A stretch of 63,999 bases of DNA, the filler included, from Perkinsus chesapeaki ATCC PRA-425 (lineage: Eukaryota; Protista; Perkinsozoa): the NCBI GenBank assembly GCA_013115145.1. It is 8 parts of 8 records of this genome, joined end to end, with 100 filler letters (N's around TTAATTAATTAA, not from the genome) between each part and the next. Parts side by side here need not be neighbours in the genome. Positions count along the whole stretch, not along the records: positions 52,755 to 62,520 come from JAAPAO010000926.1; positions 62,621 to 63,999 come from JAAPAO010002000.1; 6 more parts are not named here. One strand, given 5' to 3'. The position numbers and the translations under genes are program-made. Of the stretch, positions 60,654-63,999 are shown one piece after another. A model generated the notes under the pieces. It saw only the letters and a program-made list of their open reading frames with translations. It had not been told where the DNA came from and searched no databases. The number at the start of each line of letters is the position of its first letter. Position 1 is the first letter of the stretch.

Positions 60654-61217
60654 GTAAATTTGAGGAGTAGTTGATAGGATTCTTAATTTGGAAGATCAAC
60701 TGGCGGGCAGTACTGCGGCAGTACCTCAAAACCGCACTGCCACCGTGGCAGTACTACTGCCACGGTGGTAGTGCGGTTTCTCCACTATATTCCGCGCGGC
60801 GCAGAATATATGGAAGGTCAATAGACGTAGCACAACAAACACCCTCAGTTATTCAATGCGACTTTTTACTTATTTTACAAACATATACAATTTTCATAAT
60901 GAACAATTCATTATGAATAGTTTCATTACAATCGGGTTACTCCAGTCCGAAAGGCAAAGCTCGCCGCGGGCTTGGGTCATCGACGGTCGATGACCCAAGC
61001 CGAGGTCGATGATCGACCTCGCCGAAGGGGAAATGGTTGAATGTCTCCAAAAAGCGGGCACTTCTCCACATGAGCAATACTATTGCTGCAATAGTATGTA
61101 GAGCACATATGCAGTAGGATATAAACACCACGAGGATAAGGTATATCCGAAGGGGGGGGGCAGTAAACAGAGTGAGTAATAAATAGAATATCACGAGTAA
61201 AGAAAGCTAGTAAATTA

Positions 61218-62103
61218 CTAGTAATAATACCGTGGTACGACAATTGTGCGATAAACAGGAATTGTGTGAGTAACCCACAGTGAGTTATATAGTGCACATA
61301 GGTTGTTCAGTGGAAATTGCTGCTGCATACCAACGAACGTGCAAGAGCGGTTCTGACCGGATAGTTCACGGAGTCGAAGCTTCGCGTTTCGGGGAACCTG
61401 CCTTGCCATACTATCTGCATAGAAGATGTCGCCGTGTGGACCTGCAGTTCTAATCACAGCTGCAAAGTGATCCTGGTTGATGAAAACCGGACGCAACAAG
61501 AACATGCCATCCTCGGGAGCTGGCTCGAAGGAAAGTCTAGAGACGAGAAGTTACCGTCGGTAACAGACTCGGGCTAAGCCCGACGGGCTTCAACATATTT
61601 GCCTGAGACCTTCGCCACAGAAGCATCATCCAAGTGTCAACCACGCGATCTGCGACCATTTCTCCTTCTTGCGTAAGCTCGGTGTGGTCTTCTTCTGTCA
61701 GGAAGCCTGCGAGTTCCAAGACACAGGTGGTCGCCCGGCTTCCCCATTAGCTTCAGGCCCTGGAGTTCAGGGCTTTCTTGAACAGTTCCAGGTTGGGAGT
61801 CCGGCTGAAGAGGAATGGTGACCGAATCCTCTTCAACCTCACCATGCACAGGAGCAGATCCCACTGGACTATCACCAGGCGCTTCGTCGACGGGTACCTG
61901 CAGTACCCCACCAATGGTGGGCCACCATCACCATCAGGTTGCATACCTTGGCTGTCTTCAGTGCTGAAGAACAAATCGTCGAACAAGTCATCTTTAAAAT
62001 CGGAGCGAGGAACCAACCTTCTTGTAATAGCCCTAGTGCGATCGAACCAGTCACCGATTGTAGCCTCCGTCAAGTCATCTGTCGGAGAGGAAACAGAGAT
62101 CAT
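61218..62103 (-). pseudogene. Ulp1/SENP-like (C48) cysteine protease remnant, frameshifted, probably transposon-borne
   Basis: VVDTWMMLL; PVFINQDHFAAV (His); FYADSM (Asp); QQQFPLNNLCALY (Gln/Cys), spread over several frames. Confidence 0.6.
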
Positions 62104-63341
62104 AAAGCAACTGACCCGTCAGGACATAGTAACCCTTCCGCTGTGGCAAATCGCCCACGGTGTGAGCCCCACACCATACCTCACCAACTCCACTCGGCAC
62201 GCGGCAAATGCATCGTGAACAGTCTCTCGCATCGACGCGGAAAACGCCAACGCCACCGAAAACCTTCAGTATGACATTCGAAGTGTTGCACTCGAAGTGT
62301 GACATACGAAATGGCGACCCAATTTGGGTGGCAACGTCAACTCGTCGCAACTGAATCATTCATCATGCCATGATGCATGAATGATTCATGCATCATGGCA
62401 TGATGATCATGCTTGATTCAAGCAGCTTGAAGCATGGTTCGTGAATCGAGCTCACGATAGCTAGCCAAGATAGCTCACCTACCGTAGCTAGCCATAGCTC
62501 GCCATAGACTAGTGGGCGTTNNNNNNNNNNNNNNNNNNNNNNNNNNNNNNNNNNNNNNNNNNNNTTAATTAATTAANNNNNNNNNNNNNNNNNNNNNNNN
62601 NNNNNNNNNNNNNNNNNNNNTAGCGTGGGCTATGCCCTAGCTAGTAGGAGACAACTCGACTTCATTTGCAGGTATTGTGTTGGTTAAAGCTATTCACTAG
62701 CTTCAGCAAGTACAAATACTGTAGTGATGATTCGAGCCTTTAGCTCAGGAGACGATTTGTAGTTTGTGACTGCATAAAGTAACGAGAGAATTAATGACAA
62801 GACATGGCAACATCAAATGAAACCAGCAACCTTATATCAACATAACGTGAATTCGATTATAAGGTTCTTTATCCCCTATACAACAGCTAAAAAATGCAGG
62901 CAAAAAAACCTCACGTTGTCGATGAAGTACGATCTATGTAGTAGGCATATATCACTACCGTAAAAGGTCAATTAAACAGCGGAACATGACCCTTCTGGCT
63001 TGGTCTGAGCCCGATATGTTTTCCCCCTTTCCCCATGAGTCCTGGGCCAGGACGCAGGACATTAGAAACACAACTACAGATTTATCTATCTAGAAAAGCA
63101 AATGGCTTCGGTAAAAAAGACGATACCAAAGCCGGAGTCACCATCGCCGGAAAATTATCCTTCTAATAGGATACGAAGAGTCGCTAGTGATGAAGAGTAT
63201 AGAGTGGAGTCAGAGACGGAGATGGAGCCTCTCAGCACCAACTCTCTAAAAAGCAAAAATTTAGGGTTCGAACCAACTCGAGGGCACTATAGTGACGCTG
63301 TGTGGAACCAAGATCTCTCGGTACCAATGCGTGTTACACAA

Positions 63342-63999
63342 TTACTCATTACGACCAAGAAGAGATGCTTTACTAGCATACCTATCCATATTCTTCTTTA
63401 ACAAAGCCATACCACGGCAAACAATCTTGCATGAACGGGCCACAGCTTCACTTTTTAGGTTGGCCTTATCAGAGATTGGATCACTTCCACCGCCGATTAA
63501 AGCCAACACACAACCAGTCTTAACACCATACACCTGGCCTAAGGTGAATAACATGGCAACTTCCATTTCAGAAGCCAAACAGCTCAACTCCTCGAGGACT
63601 TCCATGTAACGTTTATGCTCAGGACCATAAGGACCGAACTCGAATTCTCGGGCCATAAGAGAATCCTTTGTGTGAACCGGACCAGCATCATAGCCGCAAC
63701 CGGCCCGGACGAACCAAACACTAAATTAGTTCTTTAAGTAATCAGATCTTGTTAAGAGTTAAGTTTCTACACACTATACAAGCGAGATATTCGTCAATAA
63801 CTGTGGAACTTCCTCATTAATACACATGAGAAGGAACAACAACTCGTGATAGAAAAATGATGCGACCAATGTATGGTTGCATACGTGATAGCTATTTTAT
63901 AGACAATAAAAAGTCATAGTAACTACTTACATAGTAGAAGGAGTAACTTCGCCCTCGGATTCATCTTCAAGAGAACGCATGAACTGGAAGAAGGCAAAT
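63342..63999 (-). CDS. Purine/uridine nucleoside phosphorylase (PNP_UDP_1 family), 3' exons
   Basis: Exon 63342-63720 reads GPVHTKDSL...LASEMEVAMLFTLGQVYGVKTGCVL, matching the EMExAxLF motif; upstream exon near 63926-63999. Confidence 0.8.

Noticed and set aside
62455-62520. Partial resemblance to the Perkinsus spliced leader (agctatcttggct on minus)
   Set aside because: Lies in TAGC-rich low-complexity DNA; lacks the full leader and following GT donor.

Overview
Eukaryotic protist scaffold with short GT-AG introns and genes interleaved with transposable elements. The style is most consistent with Perkinsus (Alveolata); this is inferred, not proven. Seven 100-nt N gaps carry an artificial TTAATTAATTAA linker. 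Host genes: last exon of EMG1/NEP1, Mei2-like RRM protein, 2OG-Fe(II) oxygenase, GAS8/DRC4 5' part, a Nup159/Nup214-like FG nucleoporin, a truncated papain-family protease, a DUF229/alkaline-phosphatase-superfamily protein, a secreted GH95/DUF5703-like glycosidase and a nucleoside phosphorylase. Mobile DNA: a near-intact Ty3/Gypsy element, two decayed LTR-element fragments, a DIRS-type element whose gag is split by a non-autonomous hAT element (10-bp TIR, 8-bp TSD), a tyrosine recombinase fragment and a Ulp1-like protease remnant. Two observations stand out. (1) A Dada-type DDE transposon sits in the A-box end of one gene of a 147-bp-period tRNA-Ala array that mixes TGC and CGC anticodons. (2) A recurrent mutational scar occurs across the window: an inverted copy of the flank with a single-base spacer (arms up to 32 bp). 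Internal comparisons show these are de novo insertions, and two of them frameshift retroelement genes.
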